DNA of 61,796 nucleotides from Eubacteriales bacterium (GCA_050309735.1 JBNRMS010000011.1:1-61796); one strand, 5' to 3'. Positions 48,884 through 60,361 are shown, counted from the first letter of the stretch. Notes: generated by a model from the sequence alone, not told the origin. A program made the numbers and translations.

Positions 48884-51274
48884 TTATTTCAACTCAAGAA
48901 CGGTAACACCCCCGTCGCCCTCGCCATACTGACCAAGCCGGAAGGAGGCGAGTCTCTTGTCAGATCTGAGAAAACGCCAAAGCGCATTTTTGAGGGCTCC
49001 GGTTCCCTTTCCGTGAATTAGACGAACTGTGCTCATATTCATCAGCTGAGCCTCGTCGATATAGCGGTCGACAACGTACCATGCCTCCTCGCCGGTCATC
49101 CCCCGCAGGTCAATCTCGGGATTGAATTCTTTTATCACCCTTGGCGTGTATTCTGAGGCGGGAATCCTTTTCATATCGCGGTCGGTTATCATCACCTCGT
49201 CCTCGTCGACAAGCTTAAGATTGGATATATTGGTCTTTGTCCTCGCCGCTCCAGCCTGTACTACTACACCACCCGACTTATCGGGCGGCTCGACGACAGT
49301 TCCTGTGGTTCCGATATTTTTAATATAGACAAGATCGCCTTTTACAAGAGGGCGCGGGAGGACATATCCGTCGTCAGGCTGCTCATCTATCGGGTCATAT
49401 TTATCCGCACTTGATTTTATGTGCGCCCGTATCTTCTGCTTTGCGCGCTCAAGCTGCTCTCCAAAAGTCTCGCTTTCTTTTGCTCGGCGCGCCTTCTCAA
49501 GCTGTGCCATGACAAAATCACTTGAGGCCTTCGCGCTCTCTACCATCGCCCTCGCGCGCTCTCGCGCCTTCTCAAGTTCGCGCTCGGAGGCCGCCGCCTC
49601 TGCCTTCAGCTTTTTCTCGGCTTCAAGTTTGAATTTTTCGTATTCTGCCCGAAGCCTTGCCGCCTCATCGCGTTCGCGCTCCATCTCAATTCTGCTGCTC
49701 TCAAGCTGCTCGATAACATTCTCAAATCTCTTGCTGTCAGTACTTACCGCTTGCTTAGCACGTCGTATTATATCATCGGGAAGTCCGAGCTTCTCAGAAA
49801 TCGCGAAAGCATTAGACTTGCCGGGAGTACCGATTATCAGCTTGTAGGTCGGGCGCAGTGTTTCGATATCAAACTCGCAGGAGGCATTCTCCACCCCGTC
49901 GGTCTCAAGCGCGTATGCCTTCAGTTCGGCATAGTGTGTGGTTGAGGCGCAGATTGCGCCACGCTCACGTACCGCCTCGATAATCGCAACGGCGAGTGCC
50001 GCGCCTTCAATCGGGTCTGTCCCGACGCCAAGCTCATCAAAAAGGACAAGCGAGCGGCTTGTCACTTCGCGCATAATCGAGACAATATTAACCATGTGCG
50101 ATGAGAAGGTTGAGAGCGACTGCTCAATGCTCTGCTCGTCACCAATGTCGGCGAGCACATTATCAAAGACACATATCGACGAGCTGTCGTCGGCCGGGAT
50201 GTGCAGCCCCGACTGGGCCATGAGAGCAAGAAGTCCGAGTGTTTTGAGCGCAACGGTTTTTCCGCCCGTGTTAGGTCCTGTGATAATAAGGGTGTCTCGC
50301 CCCCGGCAGATTTCAATATCTATCGGAACTACCTTTTCGCGGTCGATCAACGGATGCCGCGCACGGCGAAGCGAGAGCGAGCGGTCGCCCGAGATTGTCG
50401 GTGCGGCGCCGCGCATTCTTATCGACAGCTCTCCGCAGGCAAAGATAAAGGCAAGCTCGGTGATATTTTGAAAATTCAGCCGCATCGCACGCTCGATTCC
50501 GCCAACCTCGGCGGTGAGAGCGGCAAGAATTTTATCAATTTCATGCGCCTCGGCGGCGCCAAGCTCGCGCAACTCATTATTGGCATCTACAACGGCCATC
50601 GGCTCGATAAAGAGGGTTGCGCCCGAGGATGAGGTGTCGTGCACCAGCCCCTTGACATCATTTTTATGCTCGATTCTAACCGGCACCACATACCTGCCCG
50701 AGCGCTGTGTCACGATGTTTTCCTGGAGGTATTTTGAGTATGCCCCGCTGGTGTATTTGGCGAGTATATCACGAATTTTATTATTAGAGGCCTTAATTTT
50801 GCGCCGGATGAGCGACAGCTCGGCGCTCGCTTCGTCGGCTATCATATCCTCGGCTATTATGGTGCGGTATATTTTATCCTCAATTTTCCGGTCGGGTATA
50901 AGGCGCTCAAAAATCTCGTCGAGCGAGGTTTCAAAGAGCTTGTTTGCCCGAATATAATCAAGGAGCGAGCGCGAGGTTCTCAAGACGTTTGCAGCATCGA
51001 GCAGCTCGCGCGTGGTGAGAATAGCCCCCTTATCCGCTCGGTCGCAGATCTCATCGACATCCTTTATCCTGCCGAAAGAGGGCGTTCCCTTTGCATTAAT
51101 CAGGCGGACGGCATCGCTAGTATGCCGCTGGCGGCGAAGTATCACAGCAATGTGCTCGCTCGGCCCGAGTGAGAGCGCAAGTTCTTTTGCCCCTTCTGTC
51201 AGCGCGCAATCGGCGAGCATATTCAGGATTTTATCGTATTCAAGTGTCTTTAGTGTTTTTTCTTTAAAGCGCAT
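48884..51274 (-). CDS. mutS2: Endonuclease MutS2
   Basis: HDTSSSGATLFIEP, GPNTGGKT, DIGDEQSIEQSLSTFSSHM, C-terminal Smr DLRG..IHGKGTG. Confidence 0.96.
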   Translation of the reverse strand: MRFKEKTLKTLEYDKILNMLADCALTEGAKELALSLGPSEHIAVILRRQRHTSDAVRLINAKGTPSFGRIKDVDEICDRADKGAILTTRELLDAANVLRTSRSLLDYIRANKLFETSLDEIFERLIPDRKIEDKIYRTIIAEDMIADEASAELSLIRRKIKASNNKIRDILAKYTSGAYSKYLQENIVTQRSGRYVVPVRIEHKNDVKGLVHDTSSSGATLFIEPMAVVDANNELRELGAAEAHEIDKILAALTAEVGGIERAMRLNFQNITELAFIFACGELSIRMRGAAPTISGDRSLSLRRARHPLIDREKVVPIDIEICRGRDTLIITGPNTGGKTVALKTLGLLALMAQSGLHIPADDSSSICVFDNVLADIGDEQSIEQSLSTFSSHMVNIVSIMREVTSRSLVLFDELGVGTDPIEGAALAVAIIEAVRERGAICASTTHYAELKAYALETDGVENASCEFDIETLRPTYKLIIGTPGKSNAFAISEKLGLPDDIIRRAKQAVSTDSKRFENVIEQLESSRIEMERERDEAARLRAEYEKFKLEAEKKLKAEAAASERELEKARERARAMVESAKASSDFVMAQLEKARRAKESETFGEQLERAKQKIRAHIKSSADKYDPIDEQPDDGYVLPRPLVKGDLVYIKNIGTTGTVVEPPDKSGGVVVQAGAARTKTNISNLKLVDEDEVMITDRDMKRIPASEYTPRVIKEFNPEIDLRGMTGEEAWYVVDRYIDEAQLMNMSTVRLIHGKGTGALKNALWRFLRSDKRLASFRLGQYGEGDGGVTVLELK

Positions 51275-51289
51275 ATCATTTTCCGTTAC

Positions 51290-52078
51290 TTACTTAATTA
51301 TTGTTCTATAAAATTCGAGCGAGTCAAATCCGCGTTCAATGTGGTTGAGAAGATATGTCTCGGCCGCTCGGCAAAAACCGTGCCGCTCGTCGTCGTCCTT
51401 TATCCTGAACGAAAACATTCGCTCGGGCAGTGCTGCGAGCGAGAAGCGTGCCGCCGCAAGGGCTCCCGCCCCCATCGGTATAAGTATGCTTCGCTCAGGT
51501 ATATCTTCGCCGTCCGGTGCGACGTGGCGCGGCGTTTTCCCAAGGCACAGTCGGCAGATAAGCCGACCGTTCATCACGTCAAGATAAAAAGCTTCGCTCT
51601 CCTTACAGCCGCATAGACCGCAGGAGGTAAGATCGGGCATATAGCCGGCAAAGCCGGCGGCACGCCATTCGTAAACTGCCTTGATTTCATCGGCTCTTTT
51701 TATATCCTTGTCAAGTGCGTAATATGTGTTGAGCGTCATCCTAAGTATATCTACGGCCGTCAGGTTCTCGCCCGAGAGTTCGTTTGCAACGTCGGCAATA
51801 TATGCTGCGAGCGACAGCTTTTCGATGTCCTCTCGTAGGCCTTTGAAATATTCATTAACCACTCCCCCTCGCAACCAATTAAGCTCGCCCTTGCGGTAAA
51901 TTTCATATCCGCCAAACACATAAGGAAGGGTTGCGGCGGCAAATTTATTCCTTGGTGAGCGAACGCCCTTGGCAAGCACGCTGATTCTGCCCAGTTCGGG
52001 GGCAAGAAGAATCATAAGCCGATCGTAATCGCCAACGTCCGAGCTGCGCAGCACCAGTGCGTCGGTTGTAAAAACCAC
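51290..52078 (-). CDS. recO: DNA repair protein RecO
   Basis: ALVLR...G.YDR, G.ISV.AKGVR, CxxC...CxxC; downstream of era. Confidence 0.92.
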   Translation of the reverse strand: MVFTTDALVLRSSDVGDYDRLMILLAPELGRISVLAKGVRSPRNKFAAATLPYVFGGYEIYRKGELNWLRGGVVNEYFKGLREDIEKLSLAAYIADVANELSGENLTAVDILRMTLNTYYALDKDIKRADEIKAVYEWRAAGFAGYMPDLTSCGLCGCKESEAFYLDVMNGRLICRLCLGKTPRHVAPDGEDIPERSILIPMGAGALAAARFSLAALPERMFSFRIKDDDERHGFCRAAETYLLNHIERGFDSLEFYRTIIK

Positions 52079-52101
52079 ACTACCCCCTCCCCTCGCATAA
52101 A

Positions 52102-52151
52102 AACAATCTTCCTATATCGTTGTTTGAAAGAAAACTTTTTTCTTTCAAACT
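52102..52151 (-). other. AT-rich inverted repeat between era and recO
   Basis: GTTTGAAAGAAAA-C-TTTTTTCTTTCAAAC at about 52122-52150. Confidence 0.45.
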
Positions 52152-53036
52152 TTACTCGCTTCTGTATCCGAAGTTTTCGACGCTCCGCACGCTCTCACGC
52201 CACTTCTCTCTGACCTTAACCCAGAGATTGAGATAGACCTTTGTGCCAAACAACCTCTCGAGATCCTCACGAGCATAGCTCCCCACTAGCTTGAGCGCCC
52301 CGCCGCCCTTCCCGACAATTATCCCCTTGTGCGATTCTTTTTCGCAAAAGATTTCGGCGCGTATGCTGATGAGCGTGTCCTCATCTCGAAATTCTTCAAT
52401 TACCACCGCAACTCCATGCGGAATTTCCTCATTAAGTGTTCGCAGCAGTTTCTCGCGGATTATCTCGGCGGCAAGGGTGCGCTCAGGCTGGTCGGTTACC
52501 ATATCGGGTGGGAAGAAAAACTCCGATTCTGAGAGAAATTTCGAGCATTCATCAAGGACTATGCTCACATTCTCACCCTTCTTAGCGCTTATCGGCACCA
52601 CCGCATCGAAGTTATGCTGTGCGGCATAGGCTGTGATTGTCTCGGCTATCGCCTCGCGGCGGCAAAGATCTATTTTATTAAGCGCCAGCACTGACGGCGC
52701 TCCCGATGATTTGATATAAGAAATAATATTTTTCTCAATCTCGGATATCGGCTTTCCGGCGTCTGCGACAAGAACGACCACATCGGCCTCCCGCATCGAC
52801 TGGTCTGCCGCCTTAACCATAAAATCGCCGAGCGTGTTTTTCGGTCTGTGCATTCCGGGCGTGTCAAGGAAAACAAACTGGTGCTCGCCCTCTGTGCGGA
52901 TACCGATTATACGGTTGCGCGTGGTCTGCGGCTTGCTTGAGACTATTGCCACCTTCTCGCCAAGAATCGAATTGAGCAGCGTTGATTTCCCTACATTCGG
53001 CCGCCCCACTATAGCTATAAATCCTGTTTTTTTCAT
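52152..53036 (-). CDS. era: GTPase Era
   Basis: GRPNVGKS, PQTTR, DTPG, NKID, KH domain IVGKGG. Confidence 0.97.
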   Translation of the reverse strand: MKKTGFIAIVGRPNVGKSTLLNSILGEKVAIVSSKPQTTRNRIIGIRTEGEHQFVFLDTPGMHRPKNTLGDFMVKAADQSMREADVVVLVADAGKPISEIEKNIISYIKSSGAPSVLALNKIDLCRREAIAETITAYAAQHNFDAVVPISAKKGENVSIVLDECSKFLSESEFFFPPDMVTDQPERTLAAEIIREKLLRTLNEEIPHGVAVVIEEFRDEDTLISIRAEIFCEKESHKGIIVGKGGGALKLVGSYAREDLERLFGTKVYLNLWVKVREKWRESVRSVENFGYRSE

Positions 53037-53045
53037 ATAAATCTT

Positions 53046-53513
53046 TTAAACTCCTAAACCCAATGATTCAACAATTTCGCTCTGGCGGCGTCGCATATCT
53101 ATGTCGTCCTCACCGCTCCTCTCGTGGTCGTATCCGAGCAGGTGTAGCACCGAATGGACACAGAGGAAGGCCACCTCGCGCTCATAATTGTGACCATATT
53201 TATATGCCTGAGCCTTTGCGCGCTCAAGCGAGATAACTATATCCCCGAGCACAAGCGCCTCATTCCCGCCCAAGTTTGTGGCGTCGTCTTCAAGCGGGAA
53301 GGAGAGCACGTCGGTCGGCCTGTCAATAGACCGGTAGAGCCTATTCAGCTTTCTCATCTCGGCATCGTCAGTAAATGTTATCGACACTTCAGCGTCTCTT
53401 TTTATACCCTCATATTCAAGCACCGCTACAACAGCGCGACGCATTAATATCTTCAATTTATAATTGACCGGCAGCTTGTCCTGCATATTCTCAAAATAAA
53501 TCCTGATTTTCAT
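53046..53513 (-). CDS. ybeY: rRNA maturation endonuclease YbeY
   Basis: PTDVLSFP, LGDIVIS, HSVLHLLGYDH. Confidence 0.97.
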   Translation of the reverse strand: MKIRIYFENMQDKLPVNYKLKILMRRAVVAVLEYEGIKRDAEVSITFTDDAEMRKLNRLYRSIDRPTDVLSFPLEDDATNLGGNEALVLGDIVISLERAKAQAYKYGHNYEREVAFLCVHSVLHLLGYDHERSGEDDIDMRRRQSEIVESLGLGV

Positions 53514-53514
53514 A

Positions 53515-54543
53515 TCATTTTTTGTTTCCTCCCTTCAGTTTTTTGTATCTTACCTGCGGCAGGGAGTTACGGTTTTGTTCCCTTTCAAATTTTTCATAGG
53601 CCAAGATTATCTTCTGAACCAGCCGGTGGCGCACCACATCTCGCTCGGTAAAATAATGAATCGCAATGTCGTCTATCCCGCCCAATATCTTCACCGCCTG
53701 ACCAAGGCCGCTCTTCTGCCCGCGGGGCAGGTCTGTCTGGGTTAGGTCTCCGGTTACAACAGCCTTTGAGCCCGAGCCCAGACGAGTGAGAAACATCTTC
53801 ATCTGCTCGGGTGTGGCGTTTTGCGCCTCGTCAAGTATGATAAAGCAGTCGTCAAGCGTTCGCCCGCGCATATAGGCAAGGGGTGCTATTTCAATTGTCT
53901 GCTTCTCGTATAGGCGGATGTAGTTCTCAACTCCCATCATCTCGTATAGCGAGTCATAGAGCGGGCGGAGATAGGGGTCTATTTTGCTCTGTAAATCGCC
54001 CGGCAGATAGCCAAGCTTCTCTCCCGCCTCAATTGCGGGACGGGTGAGTATAATCCGGCTTATCTGTTTGTCGCGCAGAGCTTTGACGGCCATAGCCACC
54101 GCAAGGAAGGTCTTGCCTGTTCCGGCTGGGCCGACACCGAGTGTTATTGTATTCTTTTTTATTTTTTCGACATATTTGCGCTGCCCGACAGTCTTTGCCT
54201 TGATTGGTCTGCCCTTGGTGGTTACGCAGATGCAGTCATCTCCAAGCTCGGATAACTCGGCCTCATTGCCGCTTCTCACAGTGTCAATAAGATAGTGCAC
54301 CGACTGCTCAGAGATTGTCTCCTCGTATTCGGCCATCCTCCCGAGCAGGGCTATCACCCTGGCCGCCATTGTCACCGTCTCCTCGTCTTGGCCGCTGACC
54401 GTCACAGTGTCACCGCCTTCGGATATGCGGTTGTTTATTGTAACCCCGAATTCTTTTTCAACCGCTCTTGTGTTCTCATCATATGTGCCGAAAACCCGAG
54501 AGACAAGTTCGCTTGTTTCAAAAACTATATTTTTTTGCTTCAT
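53515..54543 (-). CDS. phoH: PhoH family protein
   Basis: [39 protein letters not shown]; ATG after GGAG. Confidence 0.95.
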   Translation of the reverse strand: MKQKNIVFETSELVSRVFGTYDENTRAVEKEFGVTINNRISEGGDTVTVSGQDEETVTMAARVIALLGRMAEYEETISEQSVHYLIDTVRSGNEAELSELGDDCICVTTKGRPIKAKTVGQRKYVEKIKKNTITLGVGPAGTGKTFLAVAMAVKALRDKQISRIILTRPAIEAGEKLGYLPGDLQSKIDPYLRPLYDSLYEMMGVENYIRLYEKQTIEIAPLAYMRGRTLDDCFIILDEAQNATPEQMKMFLTRLGSGSKAVVTGDLTQTDLPRGQKSGLGQAVKILGGIDDIAIHYFTERDVVRHRLVQKIILAYEKFEREQNRNSLPQVRYKKLKGGNKK

Positions 54544-54618
54544 TAAAATCTCCATGCCACAATGCGATTTAAATAGATTTAGTAATTTATGCAGGGCTTG
54601 CCGCAAAATCTGTATTTT

Positions 54619-55797
54619 TTACTCTAAAACCTCAAATTCAACCGTAACAGCGATATTTTCAATCAGTGTCACCGTGCAGTCGAGGATATAGGCATCGTCG
54701 GTCAGCGACCATGATATCTGCTTTTTCAGAAGCGTCGCGCCGTTCTCGGTGAATTCAGCGATCCGATGGTTCAGCTCGTCGTATGCAAGTTCTGTCGCCT
54801 CAAGAGCATCGCGCTCGGCTGTCTCGATGGTATACCACCTGTATGTCGTCGTCTCATATGAAAAGGGCAGTCTCGTTCCGTCGAAAAGGCAAAAATTCTC
54901 CACGTTACTTATTGTATCATAACTACCCACTAAAAATCCAGTGTTTCTGTAAAGTTTTATTGCCCTTGAGAAAAAAAACACAGCCAACTCGCGATGTTCG
55001 TCGCCAGTGTAACTTTTGACCTCATATTTTAGCGGAATTTCAACGTGTATCTCGCGCACGGTTCTTGCAAAAATGCTCCCCGCTGCGCGGGTGTAGCGAT
55101 ATCCCCAGACAGCACTGTCGTACACACCGCTGACAAGCAAGTCACCCTGGCGCACATGCTGCCCAACCTTAACCGCCACATTGCCCTTCTCAGCCTCGAT
55201 AGCTTCAATCTGCCCGTCAAGAGCGGCGATCAGATTTGCCGGGTTCTTTCTTTCCGCTTCCGGCTCGGGAACCTTCTCCCGTATTTCCACATATGCAACG
55301 CTTCCCTTGAGATTTATGGAAATCCAGGATATGTCGGGCGAATTGATAAGAACACGATTTTCAATGATATCGACATCAAGACCCGGTATATAAGCTCCGA
55401 GTACAAAGTTTTGGTCACAAAGCTCGGCAATAACAGCTTCTTCGCCAATATTTTCGCATCCTGTGACGCGTATGTCCCATAAAAACAGCTCTGAAGAAAT
55501 GATAAGAGCAGCCGCTAAGATAAGCCCCGAGAGAAGCCCGGCGCGCTTTCTGTATCTTGACAAAATATATGGCAGGCCATATTTTTCTGCAATGTTTATT
55601 TTAATTTCACATCTTGAACAGACTTGTTTTAACATGTCTGCGGTGTACATCGAGCATTCAAGACTGAATTCATCACCCCCACGCCTCATATACCGGTAAA
55701 CAAAACCGTATCTCATGCAGATGTTGAGAATCTTTTCGGCGTCGTCGGCGGCGGCCGTGATTTTAACGCCGCCGCTAAGAAAATATATTGCCCTCAT
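54619..55797 (-). CDS. yqfD: Sporulation protein YqfD
   Basis: GLP, TM helix, W.I.VTG, A..DG.I, V..G..V..GDLLVSG; yqfC-yqfD-phoH synteny. Confidence 0.9.
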   Translation of the reverse strand: MRAIYFLSGGVKITAAADDAEKILNICMRYGFVYRYMRRGGDEFSLECSMYTADMLKQVCSRCEIKINIAEKYGLPYILSRYRKRAGLLSGLILAAALIISSELFLWDIRVTGCENIGEEAVIAELCDQNFVLGAYIPGLDVDIIENRVLINSPDISWISINLKGSVAYVEIREKVPEPEAERKNPANLIAALDGQIEAIEAEKGNVAVKVGQHVRQGDLLVSGVYDSAVWGYRYTRAAGSIFARTVREIHVEIPLKYEVKSYTGDEHRELAVFFFSRAIKLYRNTGFLVGSYDTISNVENFCLFDGTRLPFSYETTTYRWYTIETAERDALEATELAYDELNHRIAEFTENGATLLKKQISWSLTDDAYILDCTVTLIENIAVTVEFEVLE

Positions 55798-56132
55798 TTT
55801 GCTTTCCCCGCCTCCTCGTCAAAGCTCACAGAATTTATCATTCCGTCTATTTCAACAGCGCCGTTATGATACGCCGTGCAGTAGAGCCGCGACCCGATGA
55901 TGATAAGCGTCTCGCCCATAAGCCGCAGCCTTACCTCGCCGGTCGTATATAGCAGTATCTTTCGGCAGCCCCTGACTATTAGATTATTTCGTCCGCGCAT
56001 TTCAATATGTATGCCGCTTATAATGTCGGGCGAGATATCAAGCTTTGTGCCGAGGCGTTCCATGAGGCTCGCCCGGTTTTTTTTGTTTTGTTCGTGCCTT
56101 TTGTTTCTCATAGTTTTCCTCCGGGAGCGCAT
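55794..56132 (-). CDS. yqfC: YabP/YqfC family sporulation protein
   Basis: I...G...L.V.G...IL.Y, I.G..L, I.G.I..V.F; upstream of yqfD; start may be 56111. Confidence 0.8.
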   Translation of the reverse strand: MRSRRKTMRNKRHEQNKKNRASLMERLGTKLDISPDIISGIHIEMRGRNNLIVRGCRKILLYTTGEVRLRLMGETLIIIGSRLYCTAYHNGAVEIDGMINSVSFDEEAGKAK

Positions 56133-56196
56133 ATGATTAAATATCTTTATCTATACATATTTATGCCGGCCTCCATCATGAAATAACATATATTTC

Positions 56197-57336
56197 ATGC
56201 CAAATAATTATAAAAGGAGATTGGGAATGCTCAGAAAGTCAAAAATCGTGTTTCGCTTGCCGTCGCCGGGAGAGGTAATGTTTATTTTTATGTCCGCCTT
56301 CTCGCTGATATTAATTTTAAGAAATTCAGATGTCGCCATTAAATACATTGGTAGTGGGCTTGTTTTATGCGCCCGAACAGTCATCCCTTCGCTCTTCCCT
56401 TTTATGGTTATATCCGAGCTTGTTGTGTCGAGCGGTCTGTCTGAGCTTGCCGGGAAATATCTGAACCGCCCGCTCGGATTTATTTTCGGAATTTCGGGGG
56501 TCTCCTCGTCGGCAGTGCTGCTCGGCGCTCTCTGCGGATTCCCGATAGGCGCCCGCACAGCCGTCTCTCTCTTCGATAATGGACTAATTGACAAAAAAGA
56601 GACCGCTCGTCTTCTCTCGTTTTGCAACAATCCAAGCTCGGCTTTTCTTATCAGCGCTGTCGGCACCTCGCTTTACGCAAGCCGCGAAGTGGGCGTAATG
56701 CTCTATTCTGTCACACTTATAAACGCTCTTATCGTCGGCGTTGCTCAGCGAATTTTCTCTCCCCGACGAAGGGCGAACACGAATCACATTTCAAAAACAT
56801 CTCCCTCGGGAATAAACGCTTTCACTGATTCTGTGACACGCTCAGCAGAGGCCATGCTTATAATATGCGCCTATGTTATTTTCTTTTCGGCGATAATCGG
56901 ATGCCTGTCTGACCTTCTCTTGATGCTAAATTGCTCAGGAGCTGCTATGGCTTTTATATATGGTGCTCTCGAGCTTTCGGGTGGTGTCGCCGCAGCCTCC
57001 TCGCTCGGACTGACAAGAAGCGGACTTGCTCTTGCAGCTTTTATAGTCGGTTGGTCAGGACTCTCGGTTCACTTTCAGATTATATCGGTCACAGGCGGAA
57101 GAGGGCTTCCGCTCAAGCCATATTTTATCGCAAAGCTCATTCAAGGAGCAATGAACGCGCTTTGGGTCTTTATTATTCTCACTTTTTTCCCATCGCTGCT
57201 TGACGAGCCGGTCCCAGCAGCAAGTGCTGCCGCCACCTCACCTTTTTATTTTAAGTACGCCGCAGCAGTCACATTATCCTTTGTAGCAGCTCTTCCGGCA
57301 GTCCTCAGAAAAGGAGAGCGAAACAGACACATATAG
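56197..57336 (+). CDS. ylbJ: Sporulation integral membrane protein YlbJ-like
   Basis: VIPSLFPFMV, LCGFPIGA, FCNNPS, G.LELSGG, GWSGLSVHFQ. Confidence 0.85.
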   Translation: MPNNYKRRLGMLRKSKIVFRLPSPGEVMFIFMSAFSLILILRNSDVAIKYIGSGLVLCARTVIPSLFPFMVISELVVSSGLSELAGKYLNRPLGFIFGISGVSSSAVLLGALCGFPIGARTAVSLFDNGLIDKKETARLLSFCNNPSSAFLISAVGTSLYASREVGVMLYSVTLINALIVGVAQRIFSPRRRANTNHISKTSPSGINAFTDSVTRSAEAMLIICAYVIFFSAIIGCLSDLLLMLNCSGAAMAFIYGALELSGGVAAASSLGLTRSGLALAAFIVGWSGLSVHFQIISVTGGRGLPLKPYFIAKLIQGAMNALWVFIILTFFPSLLDEPVPAASAAATSPFYFKYAAAVTLSFVAALPAVLRKGERNRHI

Positions 57337-57397
57337 ACGAGAACACTCATATATTAACATTAGAACCAACCAGTTATAACCGAAAGGAGGCCTTTAA

Positions 57398-57631
57398 ATG
57401 CATAACTGCACGGCTGTTATCGGCTCTTTGACCTTGGCGCTAAAAGCGCAAAAGGCAATGGCCTCGTCCGCGATACATGCGACTGTGGTAAAGCTTGACT
57501 CCTCCGTCACCAACAGGGGTTGTGCTTACGGTATTGAATATGACTGCAATCAAGACTCAAATGTTCGCGCGATTATGAATTCCTCCGGTATCAAGGTCGC
57601 CCGCTTCGTGAGGGGGGGCGGCTATATGTGA
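57398..57631 (+). CDS. DUF3343-like small protein
   Basis: S.T.ALKA.K, GC.YGI motif; AAGGAGG RBS; coupled to the desulfurase gene. Confidence 0.75.
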   Translation: MHNCTAVIGSLTLALKAQKAMASSAIHATVVKLDSSVTNRGCAYGIEYDCNQDSNVRAIMNSSGIKVARFVRGGGYM

Positions 57632-58776
57632 TATATTTAGACAACGCAGCGACAAGCTTTCCGAAGCCCGGGTCTGTCGTCGATGCAGTTTCCGATTGCC
57701 TGAGAAACTATTGCGGCAATCCGGGGCGCGGGGCTCACTCTCTCTCTATGGCCGCCGCCGAAAAGGTTTATGAATGCCGCGAGCTTGTAGCCTGTCTTTT
57801 CGGATGCGTCGAGCCTCAAAATATATCTTTCACCCTGAATACAACACACTCACTAAACATTGTTATCAAAGGCATACTTCGTCGCGGCGACCATGTCTTA
57901 ATAAGCGATCTTGAGCACAACTCTGTTCTGCGGCCAATTTTCAAGTTAGCAAGCGAGGGGCATATCTGCTACGATATCTTCCCCACTCTCACGCTTGAGG
58001 AGAGGCGCAATCCATATCTTGTCTGCTCCATAATTTCGGCTCTGATAAGACCCAATACACGTATGCTTATCTGCTGCCACTCATCAAATATCTGCTCTTC
58101 CCTCCTGCCTCTGCGCGAAATCGGCGCTCTATGCCGACGGCGCTCTTTGTTTTTCGCTGTCGACGCCGCTCAGTCTGCGGGGCATATCTGCATTGACATG
58201 AGCAAAATGGGGATAGACGCACTCTGCGCGCCCGGTCATAAAAGTCTTCTCGGGCCGCCCGGCTGCGGCATTCTTGCCCTTAACTCAAATAAACTCCTCA
58301 ATACCTTGACCGAGGGCGGCAACGGTGTAAATTCGCTTGAGGGAAATATGCCCGACTTCTCGCCCGAGCGCTACGAGACAGGAACGCTTGCCGTTCCCGC
58401 CATCGCCGGTCTTTCTGAGGGCATAAAGAAAATCAATCAAACCGGAATTCTCAACATCCGCGCACACACCGATTCGCTCTGGCGAGCGCTCTACGATATG
58501 CTCACCTCGATAAAAGGCGTTAAAATCTACGCACCCAACCACTCGGGCTCTGTTCTCCTTTTTAACATTAAGGATATGCCCTCCGACATTGTCGGACGCG
58601 AACTTGATAAAAGGGGAATTTGCACCCGCAGCGGTCTGCACTGCTCACCCCTCGGACACAAAACTCTCAAAACCCCCGAAAATGGGGCGGTTCGTGCCAG
58701 CTTCGGACTGTTCAATACCAGAGATGACGTTGAGGCACTCTGGCGGGGCGTGAAGGAAATTGCACAACTATCATAA
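57628..58776 (+). CDS. Aminotransferase class V / cysteine desulfurase family protein
   Basis: IYLDNAATSFPKP, EHNSV.RP, DAAQSAG, PGHK, RSGLHCSP, RASFG.FNT. Confidence 0.92.
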   Translation: MIYLDNAATSFPKPGSVVDAVSDCLRNYCGNPGRGAHSLSMAAAEKVYECRELVACLFGCVEPQNISFTLNTTHSLNIVIKGILRRGDHVLISDLEHNSVLRPIFKLASEGHICYDIFPTLTLEERRNPYLVCSIISALIRPNTRMLICCHSSNICSSLLPLREIGALCRRRSLFFAVDAAQSAGHICIDMSKMGIDALCAPGHKSLLGPPGCGILALNSNKLLNTLTEGGNGVNSLEGNMPDFSPERYETGTLAVPAIAGLSEGIKKINQTGILNIRAHTDSLWRALYDMLTSIKGVKIYAPNHSGSVLLFNIKDMPSDIVGRELDKRGICTRSGLHCSPLGHKTLKTPENGAVRASFGLFNTRDDVEALWRGVKEIAQLS

Positions 58777-58783
58777 AAGTACC

Positions 58784-58823
58784 GTACCCCGCCGCGAACA
58801 CAAAAGTGTTTGCGGCGGGGTAC
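58784..58823. terminator. Bidirectional terminator between the desulfurase gene and rplQ
   Basis: GTACCCCGCCGCGAACAC-AAAA-GTGTTTGCGGCGGGGTAC. Confidence 0.85.
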
Positions 58824-58840
58824 TTTGCCATTTATATTAA

Positions 58841-59191
58841 TTATTTCTCTTCGATAAGGCGAACTAAAGCCATGTCCGCCGCATCCCCCCTGCGGGGGCC
58901 GAGTTTAAAAATCTGTGTGTAACCGCCGGCTCTGTCGGCATATCTCGGCGCGATATCGCTGAACAGCTTGGCAACTACACTCTCTTTTGTAATGTACGCG
59001 TGCGCAGCACGACGGCTTGCCAACGTGTTCTTTTTCCCGAGCGTTATCATTTTCTCGGCTAACGAACGAACCTCTTTAGCTCTTGTGAGCGTGGTCTCAA
59101 CCTGTCCGTTCTCAAGCAACAGGGTTACAAGCCCGCGGAGCATAGCCTTTCTCTGAGCAGTCGTTCTGCCGAGTTTTCTGGTTCCGGGCAT
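58841..59191 (-). CDS. rplQ: 50S ribosomal protein L17
   Basis: RKLGRT, TT..RAKE, R.GGYT, RRGDAA. Confidence 0.98.
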   Translation of the reverse strand: MPGTRKLGRTTAQRKAMLRGLVTLLLENGQVETTLTRAKEVRSLAEKMITLGKKNTLASRRAAHAYITKESVVAKLFSDIAPRYADRAGGYTQIFKLGPRRGDAADMALVRLIEEK

Positions 59192-59282
59192 TTAAAATTC
59201 CCTCCTTCTGGTGATTTCGCGTTGTGGCTCAACGCATGAGAATTAAACGTTCATATAATATAATGTCGCTTCTGCTCAATGC

Positions 59283-60257
59283 TTATTCTTCTTCCTTCTT
59301 CAGTTCAAGCCCGAGCGAATGCAGTTTCTGAATAACTTCTTCAAGCGATTTTTTTCCGAGGTTGCGAACCTTTATCATATCGGCCTCGGTACGGTTAGTC
59401 AGGTCTTCGACCGTATCTATGCCGGCACGCTTCAAGCAATTGAAACTGCGAACCGACATGTCAAGTTCCTCAATGGTCATCTCAAGGACTTTCTCCTTGA
59501 TGGTCTCTTCTCTCTCAACCATTATTTCCGCCTTCTTTGCTTCATCTGATAAATCCACAAACAAGTTGAGATGCTCGTTGAGAATCTTGGCCCCGAGCGA
59601 AATCGCTTCTTTGGCTGTTATAGTTCCGTTGGTGAGAACCTCAAGCGTCAGCTTATCGAGGTCGGTAATATTGCCGACACGGGTGTTTTCAACCGTGTAG
59701 CTCACATTGTAAACCGGCGTATAAATCGAGTCGGTGTATATCGTTCCAATAGGAGCGCTCACATTCTGACCGAGCTGCGCGCAATGAAGCTGCTTGTTGC
59801 GCTCCTGCGAAACATATCCTCGGCCGTGATCAAAGGTCAGCTCCATATAGAGCCTCTCATTTTCACCAATCGTCGCGATGTGATGGTTTGGATTGAGTAT
59901 CTCTATATCAGCGTCCTGCTTTATGTCCCCGGCTAAGATTTCGCGCTCGCCGGTTATGTCGAGTATGACCGTCTTAGGCGTGGATGTGTGCAGCTTCGCC
60001 GTGATTCCCTTGATGTTCAGGATAATCTCGGTGACATCCTCCTTGACTCCGGGGATTGTTGATAATTCATGGAGAACGCCATCGATTTTAACGTTTGTCA
60101 CCGCAACTCCGGGTAGTGAGCTGAGCAGTATTCTCCGGAGTGAATTTCCGAGAGTAATGCCGTATCCGCGCTCAAGCGGCTCAACAATAAATTTACCGCT
60201 CCTGCCGTCTTCACTTAGGTTGACGGTTGTGATATTCGGCTTCTCTATCTCTATCAT
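59283..60257 (-). CDS. rpoA: RNA polymerase alpha subunit
   Basis: [41 protein letters not shown]. Confidence 0.99.
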   Translation of the reverse strand: MIEIEKPNITTVNLSEDGRSGKFIVEPLERGYGITLGNSLRRILLSSLPGVAVTNVKIDGVLHELSTIPGVKEDVTEIILNIKGITAKLHTSTPKTVILDITGEREILAGDIKQDADIEILNPNHHIATIGENERLYMELTFDHGRGYVSQERNKQLHCAQLGQNVSAPIGTIYTDSIYTPVYNVSYTVENTRVGNITDLDKLTLEVLTNGTITAKEAISLGAKILNEHLNLFVDLSDEAKKAEIMVEREETIKEKVLEMTIEELDMSVRSFNCLKRAGIDTVEDLTNRTEADMIKVRNLGKKSLEEVIQKLHSLGLELKKEEE

Positions 60258-60361
60258 TCCAAATATATCCTCCTAATAATATTTTCTGGTCGCAAAAAAG
60301 CACTAATTTGCCAGGCTGTCCGGGATATTCACGGGGGTGCCGGCGGCAAATCCTCGGAATA